In this document: in pieces, positions 59,679 through 64,000 of the stretch
Position numbering within the stretch: position 1 is the first letter of the stretch
Layout of the letters: each line of letters begins with the position of its first letter
DNA from: Octopus vulgaris
Taxonomy: Eukaryota
DNA length: 64,000 nt
Assembly: GCA_951406725.2 (NCBI GenBank)
Contig: OX597816.1
Span: forward strand, 4,030,001 to 4,094,000
Direction of reading: 5' to 3'
The notes under the pieces: model-generated
Seen by the model: the letters and a program-made list of their open reading frames with translations, nothing else
The model's database searches: none
What the model was told of the DNA's origin: nothing
Program-made: the position numbers and the translations under genes

Positions 59679-60224
59679 TATGTGGTTGGGAAGAAAACTT
59701 CTTGCCAATCCGGCTTCTATGTATATCTCTCTTCAAAGAATGTTCATAGTTTTTGTACCATATTCTTTCTACTTTTTATAAAATTTTAAGAACAAGCATT
59801 TATTACATACAGTTGCAGTAGAATATTTTGGACCAAAGACACGCACACTGCAGATACTACGCATCAAAATTACTTTTTAAAAAGTAAAGAAACCATTACT
59901 TTGAATAAAGAAAAGATGATTAAGACGTGTGGGTGTAGCTTAATCTCCGGTGTCGCAAAAGTAGTTTAGATGTTTTGTTAAAAAGAAGTCGATTAATCAC
60001 TCTTATGATCGCATAATGTCTATTCTACGGCCGAATGACGATTAAACAGTCGGAGTCACAATTCTATTTCTGTTTAGCTGCACACACAAGCACCTGGTCT
60101 CTGTTTCTACGTAAATACAAACATATACACATAAATTTATACATCCCTTCATACATGCATGCATACAAATATTCATTAGTATAATGTGTATGCGAAAATC
60201 GCAAATTTTATTGTATATACGTTC

Positions 60225-60270
<46 letters not shown>

Positions 60271-60274
<4 letters not shown>

Positions 60275-60444
60275 AGAGTTTACGAAAAAAGACGAAGACA
60301 GGTGGTGTACAAAACAAACAGACGTATTAGTATAGCGCTCAGGAATAGAAAAAGTATTTTACGTTTCGAGCGTACACTCTTCTACAGAAAGAGACACAGA
60401 AAAAACAAGGAGAGAATAAAATGTGTGTAGTGGCTAACGATCTA
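60271..60444 (-). mobile_element. About 175-bp hammerhead-like element (family A) in (TA)n
   Basis: Reverse complement of 16202-16380 with the same termini; retains GAAACGTA. Confidence 0.72.
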
Positions 60445-61111
60445 TATATATATTGGAACGTTCTTGTGTGTTTGTATGTTCAACTCCATCTTCCTTCATA
60501 TCTCCCCATCTCTGCTTCCACTACATCGCTAGGTCACCATTGTACATCACTTTTTACTCTGCAGAGAACATATTACAACTTCCAGTCTCATGTAAAATCG
60601 CATGTATGTCCATGTATTAAAATGTAATAGCCGACAGCGACTTGGTTAAACGTTCCTGTGCTTGCGGCGATCTTTGATCTTAGGTACATAGATCTGCAGC
60701 ATTGATATTGAAGCCAAAACAATCTGGGAAACTACAAAAATACGCTTGGATATTCTGTGTAAGTGAAACGAGTATGTAATTGCTTAACAGTCACTTATTA
60801 GGCGTCATTATTACAGATTTGTCTCTTGTTATTGAATTTGTATGGTAAAGAAAAGCAATTCTTTTACGACATATATTTGAAAATAATTGCAAATTAAAAA
60901 TCCATAAAAATACATCAGTGAAAAAATGTGAAATTTCCCCTCACAATTGATTTCAACGTAATAAGAATAGAATATATTTGCTTCAAAAGTTCATTTAAAA
61001 AAGGCTTATATGTGACATGCAATTAGTTGCAGGATTTTCTGTCTTTGCCACGTCTATCTAAGGTAATCCATCCGAGAAGAATCCTTTACTTCATGACCTA
61101 CCAATGAAAAA

Positions 61112-61361
61112 TTGGAGTGAAGGTTGTTTGCCAACATAACATGGCAGTCTTGGTTTAGGACGAATGTTGCTGTAATTTAGCTCCAGGAGACATCGTCTCC
61201 AGCTGGCTATACCACACGATCTGTGTCCTTATATTTTCGAACAAGGACACAGATCGTGTCGTATGGCCAGCTAGAAACGATGTCTCCTGGGGCTAAATTA
61301 CAGCAACATTCGTCCTAAACCAGGACTGCCATGTTGTGTTGGCAAACAATCATTACTCCAA
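61112..61361. repeat. Inverted repeat, about 119-bp arms, 12-bp spacer
   Basis: Arms 61112-61230 and 61243-61361; a related single arm lies near 55390-55460. Confidence 0.9.
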
Positions 61362-61616
61362 GGTACTGTTGCTGAATATCTTTCGTTGTGAGATTTACAA
61401 ATAGTAATTTTCCACTGAAAAATTGTTACTAACTGAAATGCCAAACATTTCTATCCTGGTCTGCTCGGTGCGACGATAGCGTTAAATCATCAAACACCCT
61501 GACCTCGACTTAGTGTGATTAGATCTCATATCCAAATATTTCTTACTAATGTAAACAGCGGGTGCATTATTTAATTAACAACCGCTAAGTATGTTCTGTA
61601 AACATTCCTTATCATA

Positions 61617-62195
61617 TCTATTTCTTTACTGCCCCACAAGGGCTACACACAGAGGGGATAAACAAAGACAGACACACGGATTAAGACGATTATATCGACC
61701 CCAGTGCGTAACTGGTACTTATTTAATCAACCCCGAAAGGATGAAAGGCAAAGTCGACCTCGGCGGAATTTGAACTCAGAACGTAACGGCAGACGAAATA
61801 CGGCTACGCATTTCGCCCGTCGCAAACGGTTCTGCCAGCTCGCCGCCTTAATTTGCATCACTACCCTCGGCGGAATTTGAACTCTGAACGTAACGGCAGA
61901 CGAAATACGGCTACGCATTTCGCCCGGCGTGCAAACGGTTCTGCCAGCTCGCCGCCTTAATTTGCATCACTACCCTCGGCGGAATTTGAACACAGAACGT
62001 AACGGCAGATGAAACACGGCTACGCATTTCGCCCGGCGTGCTAACTGTTCTGCCAGCCCGTCGCCTTAATTTGCATCACTACCCTCGGCGGAATTTGAAC
62101 ACAGAACGTAACGGCAGATGAAACACGGCTACGCATTTCGTCCGGCGTGCTAACGGTTCTGCCAGCCCGTCGCCTTAATTTGCATCACTACCCTC
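61617..62195 (-). repeat. Nin/Deu SINE whose tRNA-like head plus flank is amplified as a 4 x 109-bp minisatellite
   Basis: cctcggcgg unit starts at 61758, 61865, 61974 and 62083; each unit includes the non-SINE flank ttaatttgcatcactac. Confidence 0.9.
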
Positions 62196-62927
62196 TGCGT
62201 GTTGAATCCGTTACACGATTTCCGATCATCTTAATATGACGAAATATGCCATCCGGATAGAGATAAATTTATCATAGTATTTTTTCTAATCTGTTTATGC
62301 ATTCGTTCGTCAGTTTATCGATCATTGATCTGCGTTTGATTTTGTTATTTATTGGTGTCTATATACCTATAGATACTGTTTAACCTTCGATTCTTTATCT
62401 TTTACTTTTATTTCTTTACTGTTACTCACAAAAGAACTTCCGAAATAACAATAAAATTCCGATGTGAAACCATTTTAAAATCTCAGAGTTGAATGTTTTG
62501 TTTAAAGATAACATCATCCACACTGTTGTTAATCTCGCTAATAGATTTCATTTTATCCATGTTCTGTCATTTGTTTTGCTTTTGCTGTCTATTAATTGAA
62601 TGAGAAATTTGTTCAGGTCGGTTTCTTAAAAGCAATAGGTCTGGTCAATTAAATCAATGTAATATATATATATATACTGCTAGTACTTAGAGACACTAAT
62701 GAGCGTCAACAAAACACTAAATATAAAGAAGATTAAACTTGTGATTTCGATAAGAGAGACATACGAGGAATGAAAGAAAAACAGAAAGAGAACAAGACGA
62801 CGATAAATACAGATGGGGAAAGAGAGATAGATAGATAGATAGAGAAAGAGAGAGAGAGGGAGAGAGAGGGAAAGAGACAAGAGACAGCGAGAGAAGCATT
62901 ATGACTGGTATAGTTAACAAGGAAAAC

Positions 62928-63645
62928 TACGTTCTGAGTTCAAATTCCACCGAGGTCGACTTTGCCTTTCGTTCTTTCTGGGTCGATTAAATAAGTACCA
63001 GTTACACACTGGGGTCGATATAATCGACTTAATCCGTTTGTCTGTCCTTGTTTGTCCTCTCTGTGTTTAGCTCCTTGTGGGTAGTAAAGAAATAGGTATT
63101 TCACCCCGTTACGTTCTGAGTTCAAATTCCGCCGAGGTCGACTTTGCTTTCATCCTTTCGGGGTCGATTAAATAAGTACCAGTTACACACTGGGATCGAT
63201 ATAATCGACTTAATCCGTTTGTCTGTCCTTGTTTGTCCTCTCTGTGTTTAGCCCCTTGTGGGTAGTAAAGAAATAGGTATTTCACCCGTCGCTACGTTCT
63301 GAGTTCAAATTCCGCCGAGGTCGACTTTGCTTTCATCCTTTCGGGGTCGATTAAATAAGTACCAGTTACGCACTGGGGTCGATATAATCGACTTAATCCG
63401 TTTGTCTGTCCATTGTTTGTCCTCTCTGTGTTTAGCCCCTTGTGGGTAGTAAAGAAATAGGTATTTCACCCGTCGCTACGTTGTGAGTTCAAATTCCGCC
63501 GAGGTCGACTTTGCCTTTCATCCTTTCGGGGTCGATTAAATAAGTACCAGTTACGCACTGGGGTCGATATAATCGACTTAATCCGTTTGTCTGTCCTTGT
63601 TTGTCCCCTCTGTGTTTAGCCCCTTGTGAGCAGTAAAGAAATAGG
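62928..63645 (+). mobile_element. 5'-truncated tetramer of the Nin/Deu SINE body (about 182-bp units) inside one 13-bp TSD
   Basis: taacaaggaaaac at 62915-62927 and 63646-63658; three internal gaaataggtatttc junctions. Confidence 0.9.
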
Positions 63646-63928
63646 TAACAAGGAAAACAATATGAGAGAAAGTAATCAGGAATTGTTTTCTCGTAGTTAA
63701 ATTCGCCGAGGTCGACTTTGCGTTTCGTCCTTTCCAGTTTGATAAATTAATTACCAGCTGCATACTGGGGGTCGATCTAATCGACTGGCCCCCTCCCCCA
63801 AAATTTCCGGCCTTGTGCATAGAGTAGAAAAGATTATTTTCTCGTAGGTATTTCTTGCATTTAAAACATAAGCAAAACTGCTTAGACATTTTCATATTTC
63901 TATGGCACTTTTTCAATCTTTATTAGAT

Positions 63929-64000
63929 TTATAGTATAGTACTATAGTATAGTACTATAGTACATATAGTATAGAGTATATATAGTATAGTATTATAGTA
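63929..64000. repeat. (TATAG)n-like simple repeat running off the window
   Basis: Direct inspection. Confidence 0.85.

Noticed and set aside
61758-63645. Regular repeat arrays as CRISPR or tRNA gene clusters
   Set aside because: Eukaryotic context, no unique spacers, and units are SINE parts without a full cloverleaf.

Overview
AT-rich, repeat-saturated animal genomic DNA. The SINE families and microsatellite load point to an octopod cephalopod (Octopus-like); this rests on my recognition of the repeats, not on a database search. Only one host coding feature is supportable: a 232-bp minus-strand internal exon (21060-20829) of a globin (neuroglobin/globin-X-like), bounded by the ancestral B12.2 and G7.0 intron positions. 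I could not find its flanking exons, so most of the window is probably intronic. The rest is microsatellites (which explain almost all ORFs in the track), several tRNA-derived SINE families, RLE-type LINE 3' fragments sitting in trinucleotide repeats, two non-autonomous Helitrons, and hAT-, pogo- and piggyBac-like MITEs. The most interesting signals are: (1) about nine hammerhead-ribozyme-like motifs in several Penelope/retrozyme-like families; (2) SINE multimers that share one junction at independent loci and sit inside single target-site duplications; (3) at least seven long inverted repeats or palindromes; (4) modular head/tail swapping among SINEs. Boundaries of degraded repeats are approximate.
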